Shown: piece after piece, positions 38,624 to 50,568 of the stretch
Position numbering within the stretch: position 1 is the first letter of the stretch
Layout: each line of letters starts with the position of its first letter
Assembly (NCBI GenBank): GCA_964540445.1
Contig: CAZIMF010000001.1
Span: 1 to 56,899 of the forward strand
Source: an uncultured Candidatus Saccharibacteria bacterium
GTDB taxonomy: Bacteria > Patescibacteriota > Saccharimonadia > Saccharimonadales > 2-12-FULL-41-12
Length of the DNA: 56,899 nt
Reading direction: 5' to 3'
Notes under the pieces: model-generated
What the model was told of the DNA's origin: nothing
The model's input: the letters and a program-made list of their open reading frames with translations, nothing else
Databases searched by the model: none
Translations under genes and position numbers: made by a program

Positions 38624-39178
38624 TCAGCTGCGTTTGATCCACTCAATCGAACCGTCCTCGTGTAACTTACCTAATTTTGATGGTGCATCATTCACTGGGC
38701 CCTCAATGTATACGTCAACGTCCCTTAGCTGTTGCATAATCTGATTTATGTCACTGGAGATAGGCTTTCCCGCACGATTAGCGCTGGTTGCTATCACTGG
38801 TCCTGTTTTATGAATAATCTCGCGTAGCCACAGCCTATCCGGCATGCGAAAGGCCAATGAATTAACTCCGCGGTGCAAATAGCTAAGGCTTTCTTCGCGG
38901 CAGGGCAAAATTATACTGACAGGACCTGGCCAGATTTTTTCAAGAGCTTCGATTTGTTGTTCATTTAATTCAATTGAGAACGCGTGCAATTGCGATAGCT
39001 CACTAATCAATATAATGAATGGTTTGTCGTATGAACGACCTTTTATATTATAGATACGCTCAACTACATCTGGCTGATCAGCAGTTGCCACTAATCCATA
39101 TATTGTATCGGTAGGCATAACGCAAATTGCACCATTTTGAATTTTATCAGTTAAAAACTCGAGATCAGACATTTGCAT
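38624..39178 (-). CDS. tsaC: L-threonylcarbamoyladenylate synthase (YrdC/TsaC family)
   Basis: ICVMPTDTIYGLVA, KGRSYDKPFIILI, ATSANRAGKP. Confidence 0.88.
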   Translation of the reverse strand: MQMSDLEFLTDKIQNGAICVMPTDTIYGLVATADQPDVVERIYNIKGRSYDKPFIILISELSQLHAFSIELNEQQIEALEKIWPGPVSIILPCREESLSYLHRGVNSLAFRMPDRLWLREIIHKTGPVIATSANRAGKPISSDINQIMQQLRDVDVYIEGPVNDAPSKLGKLHEDGSIEWIKRS

Positions 39179-39227
39179 AAGGCTATATTTTAACGAATAA
39201 AGCTCGCTGTGTTAAGCATATTTTTAA

Positions 39228-40532
39228 ATGGTTAATAACTCCGTGGTTGACTATGCTTATGCTAGATCATTAGAATGGGGAGATATGCTTGAACCGACTC
39301 TTCAATTAGAATCACTCCGTTTTAATCCGGCGAAGCTGGCCGCTGCCTTTGCATACATCGAGCAAAAATGGCCGGAACTCACTAAAAGCCAAACCGTTGA
39401 AGACGGTACGCTCATTGGTTTGCCGCATCCATTCGTGGTCCCTAGCGTAGCAAATGAAACCGGGTTTGCTTTTCAGGAGATGTATTACTGGGACAGCTAT
39501 TTTATTGTCCAAGGATTACTAGCTGGCGGTCATGACGAACTAGCGGCCGGGATGCTTGAGAATCTTCTCTATATGTCTCGTCGCTATCATATTATTCCTA
39601 ACGCCAGCAGGACATATTTTAGTGGTCGCTCCCAGCCACCACTTCTTACAACTCTAATTTTTGATATTTATGAAAAGCAAGAAAAAGATGTAGGGTGGCT
39701 CACCGAACGGCTGCAAGTAGCTGAGCGTGAGTATCAAAATGTGTGGACGTTTTCTTCCCACCCAAACTGGCGCAATGTGTTCGAAGGCCTCAGCCGATAC
39801 TACGATATTAATCTAATAAACCACTTAGCAGAAGCTGAAAGCGGCTGGGACATGACTACCCGCTTCCAGGGTAACTGCTTGTCGTACATACCGATTGATT
39901 TAAATTGCTTACTGCACAAATATGAAAAAGACTTTGCTCGTGGTGCAGAGCTGGCCGGCGACAACGATAGTGCTGATATCTGGCGGCAGCGATCACAAAA
40001 ACGAGCACAAACGGTAACAAAATACCTTTGGGATGAAAAGAATGGTTTCTTCTTTGATTTTGACTATATAACTCACCGAAAATCAGACGTTTGGTCGCTA
40101 GCAAGCTACTATGCACTTTGGTCTGGTTTGGCAACAACCGAACAGGCGGACAAAATCGTGGAAAATCTTCACTATTTCCTACAACCCGGTGGTTTGGCGA
40201 CTACACGTAACCAAGATGAATATGATGGTGACGTGTCGACACAATGGGCCTATCCCAACGGATGGGCACCGCTACACTGGATTACTGCCGAAGGACTTCG
40301 TTCATATGGTTACTACTCAGAAGCAGAGCTGGTAGCTCGCACGTGGCTCACCAATAACCTGGTTCACTTTGAACAACATAATGTATTCCGCGAAGCATAC
40401 AACGTGGTAAATCCTGAGCTACCGCCTAAGCCCGGTTTATATCCACCACAGCTTGGCTTCGGCTGGACAAATGCCGTCTTTATAGATCTGGCTAAAAAAT
40501 TTCTTACCCCTGACGAACTTTTACTTGTCTAG
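39228..40532 (+). CDS. Alpha,alpha-trehalase (GH37)
   Basis: FQEMYYWDSYF (signature 1-like), QWAYPNGWAPLHW (signature 2-like), SQPPLLT. Confidence 0.88.
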   Translation: MVNNSVVDYAYARSLEWGDMLEPTLQLESLRFNPAKLAAAFAYIEQKWPELTKSQTVEDGTLIGLPHPFVVPSVANETGFAFQEMYYWDSYFIVQGLLAGGHDELAAGMLENLLYMSRRYHIIPNASRTYFSGRSQPPLLTTLIFDIYEKQEKDVGWLTERLQVAEREYQNVWTFSSHPNWRNVFEGLSRYYDINLINHLAEAESGWDMTTRFQGNCLSYIPIDLNCLLHKYEKDFARGAELAGDNDSADIWRQRSQKRAQTVTKYLWDEKNGFFFDFDYITHRKSDVWSLASYYALWSGLATTEQADKIVENLHYFLQPGGLATTRNQDEYDGDVSTQWAYPNGWAPLHWITAEGLRSYGYYSEAELVARTWLTNNLVHFEQHNVFREAYNVVNPELPPKPGLYPPQLGFGWTNAVFIDLAKKFLTPDELLLV

Positions 40533-40548
40533 GTCTTGTTTCCTAGCG

Positions 40549-40592
40549 CTATATCTCGGGTTCATTAAATGATAATGAAGTCAGAGTATAGT
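40549..40592 (+). repeat. Conserved 45-nt intergenic hairpin, copy B
   Basis: ctatatctcgggttcattaaatgataatgaagtcagagtatagta; same orientation as copy A. Confidence 0.8.
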
Positions 40593-40628
40593 ACATGAAA
40601 GCAATACGATTAACGGTATACTGTTAGT

Positions 40629-43600
40629 ATGTCGTTGTTTGATGATGAGTTCGCAAAATTAAATCATGCTCAAAAAGAAGCCGTTCAAGAAACTGAGGGG
40701 CCGGTTTTAGTTATTGCAGGGCCAGGTACTGGCAAGACACAGCTACTCAGTATGCGAGTTGCCAATATTATGCGTGTCAGCGACGCAGATGCCAGCAATA
40801 TTTTGTGCTTAACGTTTACAAATAAAGCAGCCACAAACATGCGTGACCGTCTTTTAAAACTTGTAGGGCCAGAATCAAATAAAGTTACTGTAAAAACATT
40901 TCATGGCTTTGCGGCCGAACTGATGAACGCTAACCCTGACTATTTTTGGAGCGGCGCTAAGTTGAGTACCGCACCAGATGCAACCCAGCTTGAAATTGTT
41001 CAAAATATTTTAGCTAAACTACCGCTAAGCAACCCGCTGTCTATTCGATTTGCTGGCCAATACACGGCAACAGATGATGTCTTAAAAGCCTTACGACTTG
41101 TAAAAGAAGCTGGTCTAACTCCCGGCAAGCTCAAGGCAATACTTACTTCAAATACTGCGTATATTCAAGAAATTGAGTCACAAATGATTGAGTTGCTAAG
41201 CCCGACACTTAGTGCCAAAAAACTTGACGCACTGAAAGATTCTATGCAAACACTACCAGAGCAGGGAATTGACGCCGCGATTGCACCACTTTTGTCTTTG
41301 CGAACAGTTATACTAGAGAGCTTGGATTTTGCCATCTCACAAGATGACGGCAGCGGCAAAACTAAACATACCGGTAAGTGGAAAACCCGCTGGGTGCAAA
41401 CGCATAATGGCCAAAAGGGCATGTTTGATGAGCAAAAACGAAATAACTGGTGGGTGGCTTTTGGCGAAGTATATGAAGAGTATCGGACAACGCTCCATAC
41501 CCGTGGATACTACGATTACTCGGATATGTTGCTTGAAGTCATCGTGCAACTTGAACAACAGGCAGATTTGCGGGCAGATATCCAAGAACGATACCAATAC
41601 GTACTGATCGATGAGTTCCAAGACAGCAATGCTGCACAGCTGCGACTTGCACACTTAGTAGCCAACCACCATACCAATGAGGGCGCCCCTAATATCATGG
41701 CTGTGGGCGATGACGATCAGTCAATTTTTGGATTTAACGGAGCTGAACTTAACAATATGCTCTTTTTTGAGCGTAGCTACACTGCCCCAAAACGGATTGT
41801 ATTGCACGACAATTACCGATCCAGCCAAGCATTACTCGAAACTGCTGAAAAAATTATTAATCAAGCCGAGGATCGATTAGTAAACAGGGTAGAAGGTATT
41901 TCAAAAACGCTGATTGCACGTAATGAGCCGGCAGAAGCCGGTCAGATTCAACATCTCTCTTATAAGACACAGGAGCATCAGTACAGTGAAACAGCTCGTC
42001 TGCTTCACAAACTATACAACGAGGATACAGGCAGGATCGCCGTTTTGGCACGCAGCCATGAGAGTTTGCGGCAGCTGTCAGCACTATTGTTAGGCCTTGA
42101 CATCCCGATTAGCTATGAGCAACAAACAAATATTTTAGATCATGCGGTAATTAAACAAGTCATTATCTTATGCGAGTTATTGTGTGCGATTAATCAAGGT
42201 GATAAATATCTGGTAAACAAAAAAGTTGCCGAGCTTATTAAACATCCGATGTGGAAGTTTACCTCAAAAGAATTGTGGCAACTCGCAACCGATCAGTATG
42301 CAACACATAACCCTGATTGGTTACTAGCTCTACAAGCCAGTGATACAGCTCATGCCGGGCAACTTGCTAGCTGGCTGCAGTGGCTTGCACGTGAGTCCGC
42401 CGCCCAACCACTCTATATTATTCTCGAATATCTGCTTGGCCTCATTGCAGGCCAGCATATGACCAGCCCCATTCGCGAATATTATCTTACCAAACACGAA
42501 GTCACCAACGACTACCTGCACGGTTTGTCGGCTGTGCGTTTACTCCGCGAATTAGTAACTGAATTTAGCAGCGCCCCCACAGAGTCAGCCAGCAGGGTGG
42601 CTGATTTTGTTGACTTTATCACGATTAATAAACAGAACAATCGGGGCATAACCGATGAATCTCCGTTTGTTATGAGCGGACGCACTATTGAACTCTACAC
42701 TGTCCATAAAGCAAAAGGTCTCGAATTTGATCAGGTGATTATAATCGATGCGGTAGAAGATGCCTGGAAACCACGTACCTCCGGAAGAAAACCCCCAGCT
42801 AACTTACCGCTACAACCGCCTGGTGAGAAAGATGATGACTATATTCGTTTGTTGTACGTTGCAGCTACCCGAGCCAAACGTTCATTGTACGTAACATCCT
42901 ATCAGCTTGATTCAAACGGCAATGACATGCTTCCGACGCCGTTTATTAGACAGGCTATCCCGGAGGTGACAACAGCTTCTAAGGCCAGCGACCTTACCGT
43001 AACAACCATACTCGAAGAAAATCTGCGCTGGCCGCGCCTTGACACCTCGAACGAGAAAGCATTATTGCAACGCCGACTTACCGACTATAGTCTGAGCGCC
43101 ACACATATGCTAACCTTTCTTGATGTAGCCAACAACGGCCCAGAAATTTTCTTAGAAAAACATATTTTGGGCCTGCCTGAGGCAAAAACTCCACTACAGG
43201 GCTTTGGTATTGCTATGCACAGCGCTATGCAACTCGCGCAGAAACTCACTAATCAAGATGCCTTTAAGCTTGATGCCATACTAAAAGAGTACGGACGGAC
43301 ACTCCAACTTGAGCACTTACTTCGACTCGATTATGAGAAATATTTATTGCACGGACAGGACACACTGCGTACTTTGTTTAAAACAAAGGGTTACCGACTA
43401 CAAAAAGACAGTGTAGCCGAGCAGCAGTTTCGTGATATCCCAGCGGGTGAAGCAATCTTAAGCGGTACGATTGACCGGATTGACAATATAGACGGGGGAC
43501 TACGGATCGTGGATTACAAAACTGGTCAGCCACTGGCGAGCTTTACCACGCGCGATCAAACCAAAGCTGTCAAAGCTTGGCGTCATAAATATCAGTTGAT

Positions 43601-43865
43601 TTTTTATACACTGCTTGCCAGGCAGCATCCGGCGTACAGCAGTGCAGACGCAATCGATGCGCAAGTAGTGTATCTTGAGGCAGAGACTGAAAAAGAATTA
43701 ACTCGTGATTATCAGCCGAGTGATGAAGAAATTACGCGTGTTTACCAGTTAGTTCAGGTTATCTGGACTAAAATAAATAATCTTGATTTTCCAGATACTT
43801 CAGGCTACAGCAAAGATATAGCTGGTATTGCGCAATTCGAGGAAGACCTCTTAAAAGAACTGTAG
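40629..43865 (+). CDS. UvrD/PcrA/AddA-type SF1 helicase with C-terminal PD-(D/E)XK nuclease domain
   Basis: AGPGTGKTQ Walker A, LIDEFQDSN, TVHKAKGLEFD, C-terminal GTIDRID...IVDYKTG nuclease motif. Confidence 0.9.
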   Translation: MSLFDDEFAKLNHAQKEAVQETEGPVLVIAGPGTGKTQLLSMRVANIMRVSDADASNILCLTFTNKAATNMRDRLLKLVGPESNKVTVKTFHGFAAELMNANPDYFWSGAKLSTAPDATQLEIVQNILAKLPLSNPLSIRFAGQYTATDDVLKALRLVKEAGLTPGKLKAILTSNTAYIQEIESQMIELLSPTLSAKKLDALKDSMQTLPEQGIDAAIAPLLSLRTVILESLDFAISQDDGSGKTKHTGKWKTRWVQTHNGQKGMFDEQKRNNWWVAFGEVYEEYRTTLHTRGYYDYSDMLLEVIVQLEQQADLRADIQERYQYVLIDEFQDSNAAQLRLAHLVANHHTNEGAPNIMAVGDDDQSIFGFNGAELNNMLFFERSYTAPKRIVLHDNYRSSQALLETAEKIINQAEDRLVNRVEGISKTLIARNEPAEAGQIQHLSYKTQEHQYSETARLLHKLYNEDTGRIAVLARSHESLRQLSALLLGLDIPISYEQQTNILDHAVIKQVIILCELLCAINQGDKYLVNKKVAELIKHPMWKFTSKELWQLATDQYATHNPDWLLALQASDTAHAGQLASWLQWLARESAAQPLYIILEYLLGLIAGQHMTSPIREYYLTKHEVTNDYLHGLSAVRLLRELVTEFSSAPTESASRVADFVDFITINKQNNRGITDESPFVMSGRTIELYTVHKAKGLEFDQVIIIDAVEDAWKPRTSGRKPPANLPLQPPGEKDDDYIRLLYVAATRAKRSLYVTSYQLDSNGNDMLPTPFIRQAIPEVTTASKASDLTVTTILEENLRWPRLDTSNEKALLQRRLTDYSLSATHMLTFLDVANNGPEIFLEKHILGLPEAKTPLQGFGIAMHSAMQLAQKLTNQDAFKLDAILKEYGRTLQLEHLLRLDYEKYLLHGQDTLRTLFKTKGYRLQKDSVAEQQFRDIPAGEAILSGTIDRIDNIDGGLRIVDYKTGQPLASFTTRDQTKAVKAWRHKYQLIFYTLLARQHPAYSSADAIDAQVVYLEAETEKELTRDYQPSDEEITRVYQLVQVIWTKINNLDFPDTSGYSKDIAGIAQFEEDLLKEL

Positions 43866-43871
43866 CCTTGG

Positions 43872-44303
43872 CTAGTATCGTTTTTTGCTGGATTTTTTAA
43901 GTTCGGCCAGCTTAAGACGAACTGCTTGGCGATCTATCATAGCTTGCGCTTCTGCAAGAGAAACTGAATCGCCAGCTTTCTCTTTTAGTTCTTGCGCTCG
44001 TTTACGGGCTGTTTCGGCTTCTTGTTCAGTAATGTCGTCAGGTGTGTCAACTTCGTCAACCAACACACTAATAGTGTTATTAAGCACTTCAATTGTGCCA
44101 TTGTAAACGCCAAATTGCTCACGACCGCTATCGGGCGTTTGTTTGGTGTCGCGAATACTTAGAATACCGGGCGCAACGGCGCTCAGCAGAGGTGCATGGT
44201 CTTCGTTAATTACAATCTCGCCGGCTGTGGTTGGTACCAGCAATTCATAAATATCTTTGTCGACTTTAACGCCGGAAAGTGTAATTAATTGCAGGTGAAT
44301 CAT
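43872..44303 (-). CDS. atpC: F1 ATP synthase subunit epsilon
   Basis: Position after atpD; beta-sandwich plus helical hairpin pattern. Confidence 0.85.
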   Translation of the reverse strand: MIHLQLITLSGVKVDKDIYELLVPTTAGEIVINEDHAPLLSAVAPGILSIRDTKQTPDSGREQFGVYNGTIEVLNNTISVLVDEVDTPDDITEQEAETARKRAQELKEKAGDSVSLAEAQAMIDRQAVRLKLAELKKSSKKRY

Positions 44304-44317
44304 TGAAAATGAGGTCC

Positions 44318-45739
<1,422 letters not shown>

Positions 45740-45803
45740 CTAAGTTCTAAGTTTAATTTCTCTTTCATAGCTGCAAATGGCGTCATCTCATGCTGAATAT
45801 AGG

Positions 45804-46673
45804 TCACTGTGTTACTGCCTCCGCTCCGCCGACAATTTCAGCAATTTGTTGCGTAATAGCGCCTTGTCGAGCGGTGTTAAATACTAATGTTAGGTCGTCA
45901 ATGATGTCGCCGGCGTTGTCGGTCGCATTTTTCATGGCAATCATACGCATTGAATGCTCACTGGCTAAACTCTCTAAAATAGCCTGCCAGACCTGTAGTT
46001 CTATCAGGCGCGCAACGGTACTTTCAACAATAGATTCGATAGACGGTTCAAAAATTGCTACTTCAAGCGGAGACCACTCTGCCTTTTTCGCAAGATTTGT
46101 CGGCAACAGTTGCAGTTCGGCGACTTCTTGTTTAATACTCGATATATATTGCGTATAAATTATCGTTACGGCATCAACTTTTTCATCGGTGTATTCATCG
46201 ATAATTGTTTTTACAATAGGGCGAATGTCGGATGGTTGTGGCTGCCCGCTAAAAATAGGGTAGGCACCGACTAAATCAACTCCTTCGAGTCGTGAGACAA
46301 ACTGTGAACCTTTTTTACCAAGTGCAATTACTTTTGTTGCGATCTTTTCATCGCGATCTTTCTGAAGTAAGGCTGTTAATTGCTTTAAGACGTTTCCATC
46401 ATAAGCACCAGCTAACCCGGTATCACTAGTAATGATGAGCACCAGCCGTGAGTCTACCTTGCGTCGAACAAATAATGGATGATTCTTCACATCACTTACC
46501 CCACTTAAGCGACCAAGGATTTCGTGGGCTCGTTCGCGGAACGCACGCGAAGAAATAGCACGCTGTTGGGCGCGGCGCATCTTACTCGCTGCTACCAGTT
46601 CCATCGCTTTGGTGATCTGACGAGTGTTTTTTACACTTCCGATTCGCCGCTTTAGTGTGGTTGTATTAGCCAT
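45804..46673 (-). CDS. atpG: F1 ATP synthase subunit gamma
   Basis: IGSVKNTRQITKAMELVAASKMRRAQ, C-terminal ITQQIAEIVGGAEA. Confidence 0.93.
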   Translation of the reverse strand: MANTTTLKRRIGSVKNTRQITKAMELVAASKMRRAQQRAISSRAFRERAHEILGRLSGVSDVKNHPLFVRRKVDSRLVLIITSDTGLAGAYDGNVLKQLTALLQKDRDEKIATKVIALGKKGSQFVSRLEGVDLVGAYPIFSGQPQPSDIRPIVKTIIDEYTDEKVDAVTIIYTQYISSIKQEVAELQLLPTNLAKKAEWSPLEVAIFEPSIESIVESTVARLIELQVWQAILESLASEHSMRMIAMKNATDNAGDIIDDLTLVFNTARQGAITQQIAEIVGGAEAVTQ

Positions 46674-48205
46674 TATTGGACTTCGTATTCCTTAGCGATT
46701 TTTTTAGCAACACTAATGATAGTCTCTTTCATCTTATCGTCAGGCTTACCGCCCTCGTTTAAGGTGTCCATAGCTTTTCGATGACTATGTTTAAGCTCGG
46801 CAAGCAGAGCGGCGGCGGCATCACGTACTTTAGCGACAGGCACAACATCAAAAATCCCTTCGGTTGCTGCCATCAAAAGCGAAGTCTGTTCCCAGATAGA
46901 ATACGGTGAATATTGGGGTTGCTTAAGAAGTTCTGTTAACCGCTGACCGCGTTCGATGCGATGCTTGGTGTCAGCATCGAGGTCGGTACTAAACTGCGCA
47001 AAGGCTGCCAGTTCACGGAACTGAGCAAGATTGAGTCGAAGGCTACCAGCCACGCTTTTAACAGCTTTAGTCTGAGCCGATCCACCAACTCGAGACACAC
47101 TGGTACCAACAGCAATAGCCGGGCGAATACCTTGATAAAACAGGTTAGTTTCGAGAAAGATTTGACCGTCAGTGATAGAAATTACGTTAGTTGGAATGTA
47201 GGCCGAAATATCACCGGCCTGGGTTTCGATAATTGGCAGAGCAGTTAAACTACCGGCACCAAGTTTATCTGATAACTTAGCTGAGCGTTCGAGCAGCCGT
47301 GAGTGCAAATAAAATACATCCCCCGGGAACGCCTCGCGGCCCGGTGGACGTCGAAGCAATAAACTCATCTGACGGTATGAGTTAGCGTGCTTAGACAGAT
47401 CATCATAGATAATTAAGGCATGTTGTTTGTTATCGCGGAAATACTCACCAATCGCTGTTCCGGCATACGGTGCCAAGTATTGGATGGACGCCGGGTCAGC
47501 TGCCGAGGTACTAATGATGATAGATTGCTCCATAACACCTTCACGCTTTAGGCGGTCGACTAAACGGGCGACTTTACTGGCTTTTTGCCCAATAGCAACA
47601 TAAATATTGATAACGCCAGTTTTTTGGCGGTATTGATTAATCATAGTGTCGATTGCTACAGCTGTTTTACCGGTTTGACGATCGCCAATAATGAGCTCAC
47701 GTTGACCGCGGCCAATTGGCACCATTGTGTCAATGGCAGCAATACCGGTCATTAATGGCTCGTGTACACTTTTTCGAGCTAATACGCCGGGTGCAGTTTG
47801 CTCAATCGGAGCGCTTAATTTGGTGTTAATTGGACCTCTGTCATCCAGCGGCCGACCAAGCGGATCAATGACGCGACCAATTATTTCAGGGCCAACCGGC
47901 ACTTCAAGACTTCGGCCAGTAAGCGTAACTTTAGCACCAGCTTTTATGGTAATGTCGCTACCCAGCAGTACGGCGCCGATTTCATTCTCGCCGAGATTTA
48001 GAGCAAAGGCAGACACGGTCTGGCCATTCGTAGCTTCAATTTCAAGCACTTCATTAAAACCAGCTTCGCTCAAACCGTAGATCCAGGCTACGCCATCGCC
48101 AACACGGGTAACAATACCAACGTTTTCAATCTCTGGCTGCCGCTTAAGGTCTTCGATCGCTTTTCGGATGTCAGCTGATAGTTCTTTAATGCTTACTTCA
48201 CTCAT
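46673..48205 (-). CDS. atpA: F1 ATP synthase subunit alpha
   Basis: GDRQTGKTA Walker [27 protein letters not shown]. Confidence 0.97.
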   Translation of the reverse strand: MSEVSIKELSADIRKAIEDLKRQPEIENVGIVTRVGDGVAWIYGLSEAGFNEVLEIEATNGQTVSAFALNLGENEIGAVLLGSDITIKAGAKVTLTGRSLEVPVGPEIIGRVIDPLGRPLDDRGPINTKLSAPIEQTAPGVLARKSVHEPLMTGIAAIDTMVPIGRGQRELIIGDRQTGKTAVAIDTMINQYRQKTGVINIYVAIGQKASKVARLVDRLKREGVMEQSIIISTSAADPASIQYLAPYAGTAIGEYFRDNKQHALIIYDDLSKHANSYRQMSLLLRRPPGREAFPGDVFYLHSRLLERSAKLSDKLGAGSLTALPIIETQAGDISAYIPTNVISITDGQIFLETNLFYQGIRPAIAVGTSVSRVGGSAQTKAVKSVAGSLRLNLAQFRELAAFAQFSTDLDADTKHRIERGQRLTELLKQPQYSPYSIWEQTSLLMAATEGIFDVVPVAKVRDAAAALLAELKHSHRKAMDTLNEGGKPDDKMKETIISVAKKIAKEYEVQ

Positions 48206-48250
48206 ATAATTCCTTACTTAGTTGTTTTCTCGGATACTGCAGTCATAGGG

Positions 48251-48643
48251 TTAAACAGCACTCGCAAGACGATTTAATTTAGTTCTAATGCTCAGGTCAA
48301 GTTGGTGATGGGGCAGCAATAGCTTAACCCCACCTACCACCGATGTATCGATTTCGGAACGAATGACAACATTCTTAACACGTGGATATTGTTTGCGGGC
48401 CGCTGCTTCGATTTCTTGCCGTTCAATATCATTTAGTTCAAACGCACTGATTGTAGTTACCTCAAGAAATCCATTTGAAACAGCTCGCTCTTCAGCAACA
48501 TCACGTAGTAATGAATTGAGCTCGGAGGTTTTGCCCGTATCGATTAAATAGGCTGCAACATCTGTTGCAAGATTGGCGGGTGATTTCTTACTGCCAGATG
48601 ATTTTGCAATATAGGTTGCAAGTTTTGATCGTGAGAATGCCAT
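48251..48643 (-). CDS. atpH: F1 ATP synthase subunit delta (OSCP), unusually short at 130 aa
   Basis: Position between atpF and atpA; C-terminal VVGGVKLLLPHHQLDLSIRTKLNRL matches the delta C-domain. Confidence 0.75.
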   Translation of the reverse strand: MAFSRSKLATYIAKSSGSKKSPANLATDVAAYLIDTGKTSELNSLLRDVAEERAVSNGFLEVTTISAFELNDIERQEIEAAARKQYPRVKNVVIRSEIDTSVVGGVKLLLPHHQLDLSIRTKLNRLASAV

Positions 48644-49183
48644 TTAGCTTTGTCCCCGCAGTGCTTTGGTAATAAGAGCGGCATCCTTTTTAGGATCCAG
48701 CTTTTCCTGAACTAACACTTCTGTTGCCTCGGCAACCAAACCAACCATCTCGTGTTCAAGCTTACGGCGGGCACGAGCAGTCTCTTCCTCTACTTTCTTC
48801 TGGGCGTCGGCAAGAATAGCCGCTGTTTTAGCTTCGGCGGCGGCTTCGGCCTCTTTAACCATTGCCGTGGTTTGTTGATGACTAGCGGCAATAATTTCGT
48901 CGGCTTCTTTGCGCGCTTTTTTACGAATTTCAGTTATTTCAGCGTCAAGCTTTTCTTTTTCTTCAGTCAGCTTATTGGTTAGACTTAACCCTTCCTCGAT
49001 GGTGACACGACGCTTTTCTAGCAGCGCCACAATCCGGCCAAACACCCATCGTTTTAAGATATAAAAAACAAACAGGAATGTAATAAGCTGGATAATAAAT
49101 GCTTTAAGATCAAAACCAAGGGCTGCAAAGCCTTCTTTCTCGGCAGTTTCTGCCCCAAACCGTGTAATCATAGTTTCAATCAT
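48644..49183 (-). CDS. atpF: Fo ATP synthase subunit b
   Basis: Single N-terminal TM helix followed by a long charged helix; operon position. Confidence 0.85.
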   Translation of the reverse strand: MIETMITRFGAETAEKEGFAALGFDLKAFIIQLITFLFVFYILKRWVFGRIVALLEKRRVTIEEGLSLTNKLTEEKEKLDAEITEIRKKARKEADEIIAASHQQTTAMVKEAEAAAEAKTAAILADAQKKVEEETARARRKLEHEMVGLVAEATEVLVQEKLDPKKDAALITKALRGQS

Positions 49184-49219
49184 CTAATATCCGTTCCTTA
49201 TTTTCTGTGTAAATTCCTG

Positions 49220-49450
49220 CTACTTAACAATGAAGAAAGCACCGATGGCGACAATGCCAAAAAACTCAGCCATACCGACAAAGATGAACAAAGTGCTCAA
49301 ATATTTAGCTGCCTCTGGGTTACGACTGACTGCGTTCATATACGCTGCGCCCATTAGACCAAGTGCAATAGCCGGGCCAAGCCCACCAAGTGCGATAATA
49401 ATACCTTTTGCGATTACGGCAGTGTTAACTGCTTCTGCGAATACATCCAT
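49220..49450 (-). CDS. atpE: Fo ATP synthase subunit c
   Basis: Two-helix hairpin with a SRNPE loop and a carboxylate Glu in GMAEFFG. Confidence 0.9.
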   Translation of the reverse strand: MDVFAEAVNTAVIAKGIIIALGGLGPAIALGLMGAAYMNAVSRNPEAAKYLSTLFIFVGMAEFFGIVAIGAFFIVK

Positions 49451-49504
49451 CTGAAAACTCCTTATTTATATCTATTATATATCTATACCGTTCATTACAG
49501 CTAC

Positions 49505-50305
49505 TTACACGTGCGGAGCCTCCTCGTGTTCTTCGCCGGCATGGGAAGCGGTTGTAGCTGATAAGTAGGCCGCACACAAGACTACAAATATGTAGGCCTG
49601 CAGGGCACCAACAAAAATTTCGAGAAGAGTAAAAGGAAGCGCTGCCACCGATGCAACTGGGCCCCCCAAGTCTGCTGCAACAGAGATAAGAATTTCGCCA
49701 ACAGCAATATTTAAAAAGAGTCGTAGCCCAAGGCTGAATAGACGCGTAAACTCGGTAAAGATTTCGAAAGCACCAATAAGATAAGTAAGCGGATTAGCTA
49801 AGCTCATTGGGAAATAATGCTTGAAGTGGCCTTTGCCGCCTGATTCTTTAATTGCAACCACCTGAACCAAAATCATGCCGAATAGAGCCATAGCAATCGT
49901 ACCATTTAAGTCAGCGGTAAACGGCCTGAGTAATGGGTTGCCATTATATTCGATAGCCGGGCCAACGCCAGGCAATAAACCAAGCCAATTATTAAGCATA
50001 ATAAAGAAAAAGAGCGTCACAAAGATTGGTGCCAGCCGGACAGCTTTTTCTCGGCTTCCCAGGGTAGATTGTAGAAGATTCACAATAAATTCGGTGCCCG
50101 CCTCGACTACACCAGGGACACCGGTTGCACCTTTAAGCGACATTCGGCGGCGGGCCCAAATCAACAAGGCTATAAGTCCAGCGGCACAGATCCAGCCATA
50201 GAGCATCGAGTTAGTGATTGATATCCCACCAATTTCAAACAATTTATCGGAGGTAATCGTAATATGCGGACCTTCTTCGGCAGCAAAAAAAGTTAAAAGG
50301 CTCAT
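49505..50305 (-). CDS. atpB: Fo ATP synthase subunit a
   Basis: FSLGLRLFLNIAVGE (essential Arg) and operon position. Confidence 0.9.
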   Translation of the reverse strand: MSLLTFFAAEEGPHITITSDKLFEIGGISITNSMLYGWICAAGLIALLIWARRRMSLKGATGVPGVVEAGTEFIVNLLQSTLGSREKAVRLAPIFVTLFFFIMLNNWLGLLPGVGPAIEYNGNPLLRPFTADLNGTIAMALFGMILVQVVAIKESGGKGHFKHYFPMSLANPLTYLIGAFEIFTEFTRLFSLGLRLFLNIAVGEILISVAADLGGPVASVAALPFTLLEIFVGALQAYIFVVLCAAYLSATTASHAGEEHEEAPHV

Positions 50306-50568
50306 TTAGCTAGACCTCGTACAATATTTCGGACTACTAACGCAGCGCCCACCATTCCGAGGCCAAAACCGATGAGGGTGAATGTTTGGCCACTATCGGT
50401 TCGAGAATCAATGTAAAGACCAGCGAAGATTGGCAGCAACATAGCAACGGCCATTTTCCAACTTAAATCGAGCAAACCCAAAATAAAAGCGCGTTTGGCA
50501 TCACGCACTTTCTCATCTCTCGTCGTCTTCAAGGCGGCGGTTCGTATCATCTCCAGCCAGTATACCAC
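50302..50568 (-). CDS. AtpZ/AtpI-like small membrane protein of the atp operon
   Basis: Two TM helices, LPIFAGLYIDSRT...FTLIGFGLG pattern; GTG start, with an alternative ATG at 50550. Confidence 0.6.
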   Translation of the reverse strand: MVYWLEMIRTAALKTTRDEKVRDAKRAFILGLLDLSWKMAVAMLLPIFAGLYIDSRTDSGQTFTLIGFGLGMVGAALVVRNIVRGLAK

